From the NCBI GenBank assembly GCA_035559535.1, contig DATMBG010000002.1, positions 1 to 64,000 of the forward strand: 64,000 nt of DNA, in the 5' to 3' direction. The DNA comes from Candidatus Limnocylindrales bacterium. GTDB lineage: Bacteria; Moduliflexota; Moduliflexia; Moduliflexales; JAUQPW01. Shown piece after piece: positions 31,887 to 42,394 of the stretch. The notes below the pieces were generated by a model. That model worked only from the letters and a program-made list of their open reading frames with translations, had not been told where the DNA came from and did no database searches. Positions within the stretch are counted from its first letter, which is position 1. Each line of letters begins with the position of its first letter. Made by a program: the position numbers and the translations under genes.

Positions 31887-32453
31887 ATGGAAACCTTTGA
31901 GGTTTTTATCAAGCGGCTTACCACCAGGCTTCAAGGAGTAAAATTTTCCTCTTCGAATTTATCCGGAAAACCTGCAGCCGTCCTGATCCCCTTCTATGAG
32001 AAGGAAAGGGAGCCTCACTTACTCCTGACCAAGCGAACTCAGACGCTTCCCCATCATAAAGGACAGGTCTGTTTTCCAGGGGGTTCTCAAAAGGACGGGG
32101 AACCTCTTCAACTCACAGCCCTGCGGGAGACCTATGAAGAACTCCGGATCTCTCCTGAACAGGTCGAAATTCTAGGACAGTTAGAGTCGATTCAAACTCG
32201 AAATAGCGGTTTTCTGGTAACTCCCGTTGTAGGGGTCCTGTGGAGGTTTCCCGGTGTATATCCCAATCCCTTCGAAGTAGAGGAAGTTCTTTCGGTCCCC
32301 TGGTCCTTCCTGGCCAACCCTCTTCATCTCCGAGAACAAAGGGTGGAAGCTTCCGGCTCTACCCTATGGGTCCCTGCTTATACCTATCAAACCCATATCA
32401 TCTGGGGCCTTACGGTCCAAATTATCAAACAGTTAATAAAGCTTTTAACCTGA
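31887..32453 (+). CDS. Nudix CoA pyrophosphatase family
   Basis: AAVL, LLTKR...HKGQVCFPGG, ALRETYEE, IWGLT. Confidence 0.88.
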   Translation: METFEVFIKRLTTRLQGVKFSSSNLSGKPAAVLIPFYEKEREPHLLLTKRTQTLPHHKGQVCFPGGSQKDGEPLQLTALRETYEELRISPEQVEILGQLESIQTRNSGFLVTPVVGVLWRFPGVYPNPFEVEEVLSVPWSFLANPLHLREQRVEASGSTLWVPAYTYQTHIIWGLTVQIIKQLIKLLT

Positions 32454-32608
32454 CCCATCAACCCGAGTGGTCGGTATCCGGCATACTGTGAAGATGGCTA
32501 AATTCAGGGAAAATACCAGGAAAATCCCTTGACATAACCCCATTTCACTGGTAGGTTTTTTTTCATCTTACGAGTTTAAATTCTTTAAAAAAGGAGGATA
32601 ATATCATT

Positions 32609-33301
32609 ATGACATTAACATTATCAGCTATTTTAAACGACCTGGGGACCAACCTCATCGAGTTTTTAAAAAGTGCCGACCCCAATATGATTCTGCTCCT
32701 GCTACTGATTAGCGGTGTTCTGTTTCTGGGTTTATTGATTCTGAGTTTTGTTTTGGCTTTTAAAATTGGAAGCCGGATAGGGAAAAAATCCAAGGAGCGG
32801 GAATTGGAAGCCAAATTGGAGGCCAGTTCCAAAGAGTTTGATTCCAAACTTCAAGAGACGATGAACGAGATCAGTATCTTCAAGAAAGCCCTCTCCGAAT
32901 TTTTCGATAACAAGGCAGGGGATATTTATAAAGAGAATCAAGAACTCAAGCACAAAGTAGATATTCTGGAGAGAAATCTTAAAAGATTTCAAGAAAAAGT
33001 GGGGAGTAGTCTGGGTCTGATGGGATTTGGGAGTGGCAAGAAAGCCCAGTTATTGGCCGACCTCATGTTGGAAAATCAACTCCTTGAGGAGAGGCTTTAT
33101 CAGCTTAATCAGCAAATCAAAGAGGAACGGGACAAAATGCTAGAACGGGATCTTCAGAACATCAGTTACAAGAAGGTTATGTTCTCGAAGTTCCTGGAAA
33201 GTGAAGAAGCTCGGGAGCAGTTTAAGCGCTTCCTACAAGACGAGAAAAACCTGGAGGCAGCTCGCCGACCGGTCCAAGAACTACCGGGTAAAACGGAGTA
33301 A
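32609..33301 (+). CDS. Membrane-anchored coiled-coil protein, unknown function
   Basis: AGGAGG RBS, upstream TTGACA-N17-TAGGTT, one TM followed by an E/K-rich helical region. Confidence 0.7.
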   Translation: MTLTLSAILNDLGTNLIEFLKSADPNMILLLLLISGVLFLGLLILSFVLAFKIGSRIGKKSKERELEAKLEASSKEFDSKLQETMNEISIFKKALSEFFDNKAGDIYKENQELKHKVDILERNLKRFQEKVGSSLGLMGFGSGKKAQLLADLMLENQLLEERLYQLNQQIKEERDKMLERDLQNISYKKVMFSKFLESEEAREQFKRFLQDEKNLEAARRPVQELPGKTE

Positions 33302-33418
33302 AGCAGGGATAGTAGCCGATGGGCAAAAACCTTGGGATAAGTGGGCAGCAGGCGGTGGACAGCCGGTAGAAGATACCGGATAAAGGATCCACCACCCCCT
33401 GCCTACTCTCTTTTTACC

Positions 33419-35185
33419 ATGCTAGTCTTTGCCACCTATTTTGACTACTTTAGTGGAGAAAAGCAAGGATTTGGGCAGTGGATTCTTCCGGCAAATTATC
33501 TGGGTCTGGGCAATCCAGAAAGGAATGCAAGACCGATACCCGGGGCGGAACCCTGGAAGCGTAATATCTGGGTGGGGACTCCAGGAGATTATCCTTTTAT
33601 TGGGCCTTACAACAGCCTAGACCCTGAAGTCATGCGCTGGCATATCCGGTGTGCAAAGGCGGCAGGCATCGATGGATTTTTACTTTATGTTTTGGAATGG
33701 GAGGAACGAAAGCCCCAGGGGAACCCTCAAATCGGACAGTTATTGGATCTTGCAGCCCAGGAGGGAAATTTCCACATAGGATTCATCGATCACTACACCA
33801 GTTGGGGAACCGTTCTCTTCGAACCCACGAAATTCTTGAAAAAAACCCGGGTTGTAAAAAAACTCCCGTCAGGAATCGAAGAACCCATCCTATCCTTTAA
33901 AACAGAGGGTTCCCTCTTATTTCGAAAATCCCTTCAAAAAGACCCGGCTCGACGTTCTGATACCCGATCCTCTCAGGATAATCTTAATAAATCTATCGGT
34001 CTGGGAAAAGATCGGATTGCCGAAATGCTTAACCGATACAAAGCCCATCCCGCCTATCTGCGGATTAATGGAAAGCCGGTTATTGGTATTCCTTTCATCG
34101 ATGAGAATATTACGGCTCCCCAGTTCGAGGATTTGATTCAAGGCATCAAAACCCGACTCCATCCCCCTGAAGATCTTTATGTCATAGCCATCGTCGTCCA
34201 AATTTATAATTTTGTCGATCTCAACCATTTCCCCAATACCTACCTGAGTCTTAAACCGAACCGACCCTGGGCCGAAATTGGAGTTGACTGTTATACAAGC
34301 TGGACCCCCAATGGGATGGTAGAAGCTTCCTATGCCACTAAACTGATTACTTATAAAAATTATGTGGCCGATGCTAAAAAATTTAGAAAAGATACCATGG
34401 CTCCTATGATGCCGGGTTTTAATGATGATGACTGGCGGCCTGGTTCGAATCCTGCCAAAACTTTGGATAGGGCCGGGGGTGAAAATTGGCGACAGCAGAT
34501 CAAAGCGGCAATCCAGGCCAGGTCAGATTTTATCTTAATCCAGGCCTGGAATGAATGGCATGAGGGTTCTCAAATCGAACCCTCGGTCAGTTATTACGAT
34601 ATCTACCACAACCCCTATGCCTATTTATACCTGCGAATACTCGCCGAGGAGCTGGGTAGAACCTGGGAGACTCCTCCTACGCCACCTCTAGAGAGCGTAG
34701 ATTCCTTGATGCGCCCCTTCCTTCAAGTTGTTCAACCTAAACCTCAACCTCCACCTTCGCCCCAACCTCCTTCTCCACCTTCACCGGGTCTCTTTGAATT
34801 TTCCGCTGTAAGCCTTCCCCATCAGATAGGTCGGGCAGAACTCGATGGCTGGTCTGCAATCGTTGGTCAGGATAATCCCAAGAAGTATCTCTGCTATGGA
34901 CCCTATACTGCCGGAATACCGGCCGGTATCCACCGGGCCCTTTTCAGTTTAATGATCGATAATAACCGGGCCGGCAACAGCGTGGTGGTAACCCTGGATG
35001 TTCGGGATGCAACAACCCGGAAAATCCTTGGAAAAAAGGATGTTCGACGAAGAGATTTCCGTGCCCCTTTCCAATATCAAGACTTTGAGGTCCCGTTTCG
35101 AAACTCAGCAGGCCATCAACTCGAATTCCGAACTTTATGGCATGGAAGTGCCTGGATTAAGCAGAGTAAAGTTACCATACTCTGA
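33419..35185 (+). CDS. Glycoside hydrolase (GH99/GH71-like) with Pro linker and C-terminal carbohydrate-binding-like module
   Basis: G.YNSLDP..MRWHI..AK.AGIDGF, PGFND, WNEWHEGSQIEP; PQPPPSPQPP linker; likely start 33419. Confidence 0.75.
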   Translation: MLVFATYFDYFSGEKQGFGQWILPANYLGLGNPERNARPIPGAEPWKRNIWVGTPGDYPFIGPYNSLDPEVMRWHIRCAKAAGIDGFLLYVLEWEERKPQGNPQIGQLLDLAAQEGNFHIGFIDHYTSWGTVLFEPTKFLKKTRVVKKLPSGIEEPILSFKTEGSLLFRKSLQKDPARRSDTRSSQDNLNKSIGLGKDRIAEMLNRYKAHPAYLRINGKPVIGIPFIDENITAPQFEDLIQGIKTRLHPPEDLYVIAIVVQIYNFVDLNHFPNTYLSLKPNRPWAEIGVDCYTSWTPNGMVEASYATKLITYKNYVADAKKFRKDTMAPMMPGFNDDDWRPGSNPAKTLDRAGGENWRQQIKAAIQARSDFILIQAWNEWHEGSQIEPSVSYYDIYHNPYAYLYLRILAEELGRTWETPPTPPLESVDSLMRPFLQVVQPKPQPPPSPQPPSPPSPGLFEFSAVSLPHQIGRAELDGWSAIVGQDNPKKYLCYGPYTAGIPAGIHRALFSLMIDNNRAGNSVVVTLDVRDATTRKILGKKDVRRRDFRAPFQYQDFEVPFRNSAGHQLEFRTLWHGSAWIKQSKVTIL

Positions 35186-35409
35186 AAATACTTGAGAGTA
35201 GCCGGATTTCGTAGGGTATCGAGAGGGTTTACCCAGGAAGAGACACGAAGAAAAGGGAAGGGGAAGTAGTGGAGAAATTATTTTATACCGGCACCTCCTT
35301 ACTTCCATACCCTCTCCAGCCCTTCGTAAGTTACTATTTAAAAACCGTAAAAAATATGGCCAACTATCCGGAGAAATAATATTTTCAATGTTCCCCGGGA
35401 TCCCTCAAT

Positions 35410-36033
35410 TCACGAAGGACGTATCCCAATATGATAGGCCGAGTAAGGGTCCCCATTACGAATGCAGTGGGTTCGGATAACCTCGGTATCTAAAAGCTTC
35501 GATAAAAAACGAAAAACCATGTTACAGACATAGGGATACTTTATTGCAATTCGGTGGGAAGGACAGTTGTATTCCCGCAGGATGTAGCCGTCGGCATTTT
35601 TCTCGAGCTCCGGAAGGAATCCCTGCTCGTCCAGAATCTTGACCATCTCCCGAATACGCCCCTGCAAATCTTTCCCTTTCATTCGGTCCTGGTGATTTGC
35701 AATCCAGGTCTGGCCGATCTGTTCAAAAACCCGATCAATTCCTTCCTCCCCATACAGAGCTTTCACGGCGTCAATCAAGGAATCGGCAAGGATATGATAA
35801 GATTTTGGGAAAATATCATGGGCCTCTTCCGTCAAAGCATAAACGAACCGGGGCCGGCCGATCTCCTGTCTTAATTCTTTAAACTCAACCAATCCATCAT
35901 TAAGAAGTCCGGCCATATGCTGACGGACGGCAGTCGGACCTATTCCCAATACCTTACAGAGCTCATCTACCGTCATCCCGCCTCGTTTTTGTAAGTGGGT
36001 TAGAATTTTATATCGTGTGGTGGTTTTCTTCAT
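35410..36033 (-). CDS. wHTH transcriptional regulator (SufR-like/ArsR-related)
   Basis: AVRQHM..L...GLV, GRPR..Y.LT, NCP...C...C. Confidence 0.82.
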   Translation of the reverse strand: MKKTTTRYKILTHLQKRGGMTVDELCKVLGIGPTAVRQHMAGLLNDGLVEFKELRQEIGRPRFVYALTEEAHDIFPKSYHILADSLIDAVKALYGEEGIDRVFEQIGQTWIANHQDRMKGKDLQGRIREMVKILDEQGFLPELEKNADGYILREYNCPSHRIAIKYPYVCNMVFRFLSKLLDTEVIRTHCIRNGDPYSAYHIGIRPS

Positions 36034-36424
36034 GAACGTTTCTCTTTCCTATAAAATAAAAAGCTGCTTTGACGACTCGTTTTTCCTCCAGAAAGAAAAA
36101 TCTTCTCTTTCATTAACGATAGGAAATTCCCCCGAAATAGTCAAAGAATTTCTTGAAAAATTTAAAAAATCCCCATCTGTTGAAGGCTTCAATTACAACT
36201 TTCTAGATATTTAATCTATTTTTTCTGTTTAAACAAAAAAAATAGATTGACATTTTATGATCTCGACTATATGGTTAAAAGTAGGTTAAAACCTGCTCCC
36301 AAAAAGCTTTGGGAAGGTGTAAAAGTCCGGTCACTGAATCTAACTTTACCGATTTCCCAACAGGAGAAGATTAAAAGTCACTGCTTCTTTTCAGAAGCAG
36401 GTACTTTTAATCCAGAATTATTCT

Positions 36425-36829
36425 ATGGAAGGGTATAAGAAATGGAGTTTTATAGCCACAGTTATCTTTTTAAGCATGATCATTATAAACAGCTCGGGGA
36501 CGGCTGCAGAACAGTCCTCTGTTAAGATTGTCTCACCTAAAGAGGGGGAAACGGTTCAGGGACCCAAGGTTAAAGCAGTTATCAAGACGGAAAATTTCAA
36601 GTTATGTGAAGAGTGTATTGGAAAGACGAGCAAACCGGGTGAAGGACATGCTCACTTTTTCCTGGACGGTAAGCTGCAGGTTCACGGGGGGGATAGCTTT
36701 GAATTTGAGGGAGTTAAACCAGGACCCCATACTCTGCTGGTAGAAATCCGAAATAACGATCATTCAGAACTCGGGCGTAAACCCACCGATCCCCCTTACA
36801 TAGACGTGGTACATTTTAATGTGAAATAG
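36425..36829 (+). CDS. Exported His-motif beta protein, possibly metal-binding
   Basis: Signal peptide, SPKEG, GHAHFFLDG, PGPHTL, NNDH. Confidence 0.65.
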   Translation: MEGYKKWSFIATVIFLSMIIINSSGTAAEQSSVKIVSPKEGETVQGPKVKAVIKTENFKLCEECIGKTSKPGEGHAHFFLDGKLQVHGGDSFEFEGVKPGPHTLLVEIRNNDHSELGRKPTDPPYIDVVHFNVK

Positions 36830-37033
36830 TCCATCGGGGAAGGCAGAAGAGTTCTCGAAAAGTGTTGCACAAAGGAAAGGAAGGTGTATTTTTATTCTAA
36901 AAGTGGTAGCCGGTTCAAATTTTATTTGCGAGAAGTTGTCAAGTTTTGCTGGATAGAAGGCGCCAGGCTGCAGGAAGCTATCCCGAACCCGGGGGTAGCC
37001 TGCAGCCCGGTTTTAGAATGAGGGAATGGTAAG

Positions 37034-37555
37034 ATGGAAGTTCGGACGACCCGGGACATGTGGAACCGACAGTCCACCCAGCGACTCCTCTGGTTGGCAG
37101 TTCTCATCACGGTGTTGGGGGTCTTCCATCATCTGGATCATATAGTTCGGGGCAATCATATCGGCTGGCCGATCACCAGCCGGGTAACTTCCTTCACACT
37201 GAGTCTGCTAATCTATGCATGGCTTCTTCCGGGACTTTATTTCACGACGCGTGGAAAGGTAGGTTCGGGTTACTGGGTTGGTACGGCTATTCCCTTGTTA
37301 CTGTTAGTGGTGTTTGTACATTTTAATCCCTCACCGAAGGGTGAGTCCTGGCGGGATATTTACTTACCTTACGCTAATCCGGCGGCTTATTGTGGGAAAC
37401 AGTTATCGATAAACCCTCCCGTAGAAGGGGCAAGCTGGTTATGTAACTCCCAACCGGCACCATCCAGACCCTGGCTGGGTGTGCTTGCGGTGGCAAATAC
37501 CCTGGGATTGGTGGTTGCGGTGGCCGGATTACTGGTAACCGCTGTCTTCAGTTAG
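37034..37555 (+). CDS. Membrane protein with HHLDH..RGNH motif
   Basis: Four hydrophobic segments and a His cluster. Confidence 0.65.
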   Translation: MEVRTTRDMWNRQSTQRLLWLAVLITVLGVFHHLDHIVRGNHIGWPITSRVTSFTLSLLIYAWLLPGLYFTTRGKVGSGYWVGTAIPLLLLVVFVHFNPSPKGESWRDIYLPYANPAAYCGKQLSINPPVEGASWLCNSQPAPSRPWLGVLAVANTLGLVVAVAGLLVTAVFS

Positions 37556-38409
37556 GAGGAGCTGTTCAAGCTTTTCTTAAGAAAAGCCAGGTCTTCTTCT
37601 AATCGTTCATCGATATCCCGGTAAGACTCTTCCCTTTGAGAAAGATCTTCCCCTACATAACCCTGGGTTCGCAGGGGCACTTTATAGAAATTCTCAAGGG
37701 AGATATAGCCGTTATAGCCGATTTTTTTCAATACCTGCATGATCTTCGACCAGTTCACCTGTCCACGGTCCATGGCCGTAAATTTCCACTGCCAGGAGCC
37801 ATTTTCGAAGACCCAGGAAGTATTTTTAGCATGGACATAATCCAGATAGGGTCCTATGAGTTCCAATCCCATCTGGGGAGCCTCCCAACCTTCGATGATA
37901 AGATTGGCCGGGTCGTAATTGATTCCGATATGGGAGGGATCAAAATTTTGTACCAGACGGTAAGCCAGGCTTGCACTGGGGGCAATGGTATTAAAGTGGG
38001 TTTCGATGAGAGGTTTTACCCGATACTGTGAGGTAACTTCGATGACTTTTCCTAACCTATCTACCGTACGTCGGTAAAGATCGTGATAATTTTGGGTCCC
38101 ATCATACAGGACGGCACCCGGTCTGTAACGGGGGCATCCCATGATGGCGCAGGCCTGGGCAATTTGTTCCTGAGTCGAAATATCTTCTAAGGGGGCAAAA
38201 CCCATCAGGCAAGAGACTTCCAATCCATGATCCTCCACCAATTTTTTTATGTCTCCGGCCTTTTTAAGGACCTCTGAAGGGTGGATGTGATATGCCTCGT
38301 GAAGTCGCCATTCAACCCCATCGTATCCATGCTGACTTAACTTCTTAACCACCTGTTCAACGGTCAATTCCGGTAAAACCGAGGTCTGAACACTAAATTT
38401 TATACTCAT
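37552..38409 (-). CDS. Sugar phosphate isomerase/epimerase (xylose isomerase-like TIM barrel)
   Basis: GYDGVEW, IETH, YDPAN, VHAKN, GYISLE. Confidence 0.85.
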   Translation of the reverse strand: MSIKFSVQTSVLPELTVEQVVKKLSQHGYDGVEWRLHEAYHIHPSEVLKKAGDIKKLVEDHGLEVSCLMGFAPLEDISTQEQIAQACAIMGCPRYRPGAVLYDGTQNYHDLYRRTVDRLGKVIEVTSQYRVKPLIETHFNTIAPSASLAYRLVQNFDPSHIGINYDPANLIIEGWEAPQMGLELIGPYLDYVHAKNTSWVFENGSWQWKFTAMDRGQVNWSKIMQVLKKIGYNGYISLENFYKVPLRTQGYVGEDLSQREESYRDIDERLEEDLAFLKKSLNSSS

Positions 38410-39065
38410 AGTCCGGTAAAGTGCAAACTAATATCCTTTTTCTGATATCGTTTATTAAGCCAAACCAGAAGAGCCGGTAATCGCTCGATGGTCCTACCTG
38501 TACGCAAAGGACCGCAGTCCAGGGCCCTGAATCCGATTAACTCGGCCAGTTGGATAACGGTTTCTTTGGCCTGGGAATGATCGCTAAAAACCAATACATC
38601 GCTATCCGGTTTCTGATCCAGTTTTTTTAAACTCGCCGAAGAAATGGTATGAAAAGCTCCTACAACCGGCGTTTTTGAACCCAGAAAGGCCTGGGTTTCT
38701 TCGGCCACAGATCCTATTTCCGGCATTTTTACCTGGGTTGGGTCATCGGGATCTAAAGGTACCGTAACTTCCACAACGATTTTTCCCTGGACACTTTCCC
38801 GAATAGCCGGTAGAATCAGTTCATGACCTTGATAGGGAATGGAAAGGAGTACCAAATCCCCTTCCCGGGCTGCCAGAGCGTTAGAGGTTCCCATAGCCAG
38901 GGCCTGACCTAACTGGGTGTTAATTTTCTCGGCTGCAGCCTGGGCTTTCTCCTCGCTTCGGGACCCTATCAGGATCGACTTACCTGCCTTTGCCCAACGA
39001 AGGGCTAATCCGAAACCTTCTCGTCCGGTCCCACCAATAACGGCAATTTTCTTTATTTCGTCCAT
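38406..39065 (-). CDS. npdG: F420-dependent NADP oxidoreductase
   Basis: IGGTG.EG.GLA.R, IGSRS.EKA, GS.AE, GAFH; AGGAGG RBS before ATG 39065. Confidence 0.9.
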   Translation of the reverse strand: MDEIKKIAVIGGTGREGFGLALRWAKAGKSILIGSRSEEKAQAAAEKINTQLGQALAMGTSNALAAREGDLVLLSIPYQGHELILPAIRESVQGKIVVEVTVPLDPDDPTQVKMPEIGSVAEETQAFLGSKTPVVGAFHTISSASLKKLDQKPDSDVLVFSDHSQAKETVIQLAELIGFRALDCGPLRTGRTIERLPALLVWLNKRYQKKDISLHFTGL

Positions 39066-39088
39066 AACCTCCTTAATTTCCACAGGGT

Positions 39089-40504
39089 TTAAGAAACCTC
39101 CTCTTTCCCCTGGCTTAATTCCGGGAGAATCTTCTGAAGGACCCCTCGAGCCTTGGGATTGGATTCTTTCTTAAATAAGTCTATCAGTTCTTTGATCCCT
39201 TCATCCATATCTGGAACCAACTGCAAGTAAATTCTTAAACTACGAAGGGCTTTATCGGAATTGTCTTGTCCTGCGTAGATATACCCCAGGTTTTTCCAGG
39301 CCTTAGCCTGATCGGGAGCCAATCCGATCAGCTTTATGGTATAGGTTTCGGCCTGCTGGTAATCTCCTTTGGCCAGATAAGCCTGAATAAGATTGGTGAG
39401 GAGGTCTGGGGATTTAGGATCCCATTGAACCGCTTGAGTTAACTCCTCGATAGCTTCAGGGACTCGGTTTTGCTTGAGTAAAGACACCCCCTTTTCGTTA
39501 TGACGGGCGGCCTGAAGGGGGTTAATACCCTGATCCGGAATTTGTTGCAGGACAATTTGCTCGGCCTTACGAATCAGGTTTATTCGATCTTGAATCACAT
39601 CGGTGGCCCCTTTTATATCTTCTGCATAACCGAGAATCTGGGAGATATAATAGGGAATCAATTCCTTCTCAAAATAGGCGGTATATTCTGCATTGGCGGT
39701 CTCATAACGGGTACCGTTCCACTTATAAATATCCGTCCATCCGGCCCACTCGGAATGAGGTCCTGCAGTTCCCCCCACAGAATCTACCAAAAGTTGAAAA
39801 ATCCCATTGGAATCAAAATCCCGTAGCCGAATCCACTGGTTAAAGACCTGGGAATTTAAATTCTTTCCATCATGCCAGAAAACCTCTGAAGCGTCTCTAT
39901 AGCTACTGGCCCCTGAAGAACTCTGGAGGATAAAATCTAAACGTCCGTCCCCATTAAGATCTCGAATATCCCTGACTTCATAGTAATCCCCTGTAATCTC
40001 GGCCACTTTCAGCGGCTTGTAATGGGAACCTACTTTTTTTAAAATCGTAGGACGATAGGAACTTCCAAAGGTCAGATTAGGTAAAATAAGGAGTTCGTCT
40101 GTATCTATCTTAAAAATTCGAACCGCCTCTTGGGGTTTTACTGGATGACCCTCTAAGTCCTTCATCTGGGTGATGGAAACAAAACCCCCCTGGGAAGGAT
40201 CTTTGAAATTATCCTGCCAGATAACCAAAGTGTTGGTTTTTATAAGATGTCGCAGTTTTGCCGATGTCAGTTCGTATCCTTCCCCTTCGTTAAGGGGATA
40301 GTCGGTTAGATTTATGGGCTTATCGAAGGAGTTTTTAACAGGTAAGGGGGGATTATTCGGAGTAGTTTGTCGAAATAATGGACGCAGAAGTTCATTCTGT
40401 TCTTTTTGGATGTAAAAGGTCTTCCATCCGGTAGTGAAGAACAGGCATAGGAAAATAACTCCGGTCCACACTTTACGAAGGTTTTCAGGCGACATAACTG
40501 CCAC
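39089..40504 (-). CDS. Membrane-anchored/exported protein with DLNGDG motifs and C-terminal TPRs
   Basis: N-terminal hydrophobic helix, DLNGDGRLD, DFDSNG, about 3 TPRs. Confidence 0.7.
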   Translation of the reverse strand: MAVMSPENLRKVWTGVIFLCLFFTTGWKTFYIQKEQNELLRPLFRQTTPNNPPLPVKNSFDKPINLTDYPLNEGEGYELTSAKLRHLIKTNTLVIWQDNFKDPSQGGFVSITQMKDLEGHPVKPQEAVRIFKIDTDELLILPNLTFGSSYRPTILKKVGSHYKPLKVAEITGDYYEVRDIRDLNGDGRLDFILQSSSGASSYRDASEVFWHDGKNLNSQVFNQWIRLRDFDSNGIFQLLVDSVGGTAGPHSEWAGWTDIYKWNGTRYETANAEYTAYFEKELIPYYISQILGYAEDIKGATDVIQDRINLIRKAEQIVLQQIPDQGINPLQAARHNEKGVSLLKQNRVPEAIEELTQAVQWDPKSPDLLTNLIQAYLAKGDYQQAETYTIKLIGLAPDQAKAWKNLGYIYAGQDNSDKALRSLRIYLQLVPDMDEGIKELIDLFKKESNPKARGVLQKILPELSQGKEEVS

Positions 40505-40642
40505 CTTTTTTTTCTGAATCGGTGAGAATTCGAAAATTTTAGCCTTTTACTATTAAGATAGAGCGAAGGGGCCAAGATAGCAAGGAAAGAATTTACCTGT
40601 TGGGTGGAGGTGAGAAATAAGATCATGAAAAAATATCCTGGA

Positions 40643-42235
40643 TTAGGGAGAGTTAGCTCTATAAAGCGTTAAGTGACCTATTTTTCCTTCCTCGTGGTAA
40701 TTTTTCATCAGAAAAGTTTTTAATTCTGAAAATTCTTCCAACAAGGTTTTCGAATCCTCCGATCTTCCTGTGGTCCATAACATTCCATCTTTCTCTGCCA
40801 CGAGGATATATCGAGGTCGAGAACGGGTTAAATCGTGTAAGAGTTCCTCTCGCCAGGAGGCCTTTCCCCAAGAGACGACCAGAGGAACATTAAAAGTATA
40901 ACGAGTGGGGGTGGCCCGATCCGCCAGAAAATAAATCAAAGGCTCAGATCCCCAGATATAAATGGTATCTTCTGGATTTGTCCTTTGCTGCAAATAATCC
41001 ACCACGGCCAATGTTGTCCTCAAAGAGGTGTCTCCCTGAAGAAAATCCAGGCGCGCATAATAATCCTCTAGGGATAAGGTTCCTTTGAAAAGATCTATAA
41101 AAGTTCTAGCCATCTGTTGATAGGAATTCAAAGTCGGAAGAATCAGGATGAAGAGCGCCGCAAGGGCAAAGATCCTTTGCTCATTTTTAAAGTAAAATCC
41201 CCGAAGACAAAAACCTTGAAAGATTTCGGTGAGTCCCAGGGCAGACAAAATCGAAAAAGGGGCCAACAGACCCATCCACTGGTAGTAATAAAATTTAGCC
41301 TGAATCACAACCCCCAGCAAGCTGGCGAAGAACCAGATCCTGACCAGGTGATTCTCTGAAGTCTTGTATTTGAAGCAATAAACCAGCCCGGCCGCTGCCA
41401 GGACACTAAAAAAGGCTTTGTAATACACGTACCGACTCAGTTGAACCAGGATGGTGGACAGGAAGGCTCTGAAACCTTCGTGAAGAGCGAGTCTGGTGTA
41501 ACCGGTATTAAAAACCCATTGAGTTTCCACAAGAGGATAGAGAGCCCCTCTTTGAAAGAGATAAAGAGCGATCAAAAGAAGTCCCAGGATAAAACCCAAC
41601 ATCAGGAATCCGGCATTTAGCCAGGATTGAAATTTATCCCAATGATTTGAAGGGGAGGCAACCCTTGAAGGCTTTGATTTCAGTAAGTAGAGAGCAAACC
41701 CTAATACAACCAGCAAAGACGGGTATTTGATGATGAAGGCGAGACTGCAAAAGAACCCGGCGAGGAACAGGAGGGTCTTTTTTCTACGGCCCTGTCCCAC
41801 GTAGCACAGATAAGCAGCGGCTATCAAAGGTAAATTTAAGAATCCATCCACATGAGCTATATTGAAATAATTGTTCTGAACAAAATACGATAGGCTATAC
41901 AACCCACCGGCCCAAAAAGCGACGGACGTATGGTAGAGGGTTTTGACCAGTTCAAATAAGAGGAGCACGGCAACCAGGTGATAGAGTATATCCAGGGCTC
42001 GAACAGCTTCCATAGATTTCCCAAAGAGTAGAAAGGCGAGGGCATAAAGATATGCAACTCCTGGAGGTTTTTGATCCCAGCTATCCCGGTGAGGAACCTG
42101 TCCTTTGAGAATGATACTCCCGCTATAGGCCAGGTTACCCTGATCGCGTCCCAGGGGATAATAAAAGGTAGGTACTCCCAGGCAGAGTACCAGAAAGATC
42201 AAAATCATTATAGCGGGAAGGGATCGGCGTTTCAT
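40643..42235 (-). CDS. GT-C (ArnT/PMT-like) membrane glycosyltransferase
   Basis: RDQG..Y, P.RD.WDQKPPG, multiple TMs, C-terminal soluble domain. Confidence 0.8.
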   Translation of the reverse strand: MKRRSLPAIMILIFLVLCLGVPTFYYPLGRDQGNLAYSGSIILKGQVPHRDSWDQKPPGVAYLYALAFLLFGKSMEAVRALDILYHLVAVLLLFELVKTLYHTSVAFWAGGLYSLSYFVQNNYFNIAHVDGFLNLPLIAAAYLCYVGQGRRKKTLLFLAGFFCSLAFIIKYPSLLVVLGFALYLLKSKPSRVASPSNHWDKFQSWLNAGFLMLGFILGLLLIALYLFQRGALYPLVETQWVFNTGYTRLALHEGFRAFLSTILVQLSRYVYYKAFFSVLAAAGLVYCFKYKTSENHLVRIWFFASLLGVVIQAKFYYYQWMGLLAPFSILSALGLTEIFQGFCLRGFYFKNEQRIFALAALFILILPTLNSYQQMARTFIDLFKGTLSLEDYYARLDFLQGDTSLRTTLAVVDYLQQRTNPEDTIYIWGSEPLIYFLADRATPTRYTFNVPLVVSWGKASWREELLHDLTRSRPRYILVAEKDGMLWTTGRSEDSKTLLEEFSELKTFLMKNYHEEGKIGHLTLYRANSP

Positions 42236-42306
42236 ATCAGGTCAAGCGTAGCAATCTTTAAAAAGAGGGTCAACAAAAATTGAAGGAAGGTCAAGGGTCT
42301 TTTTCC

Positions 42307-42335
42307 TTGACAGGGTTTCGGGTTATCCCTAAATT
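42307..42335 (+). promoter_or_regulatory. Sigma70-type promoter for the ferredoxin
   Basis: TTGACA-N17-TAAATT. Confidence 0.6.
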
Positions 42336-42394
42336 GGTATTGTGGGGAAGTTTGGATTTAAAGACCTTAACTCAAAGGGGAGGTTAACGGGGAT

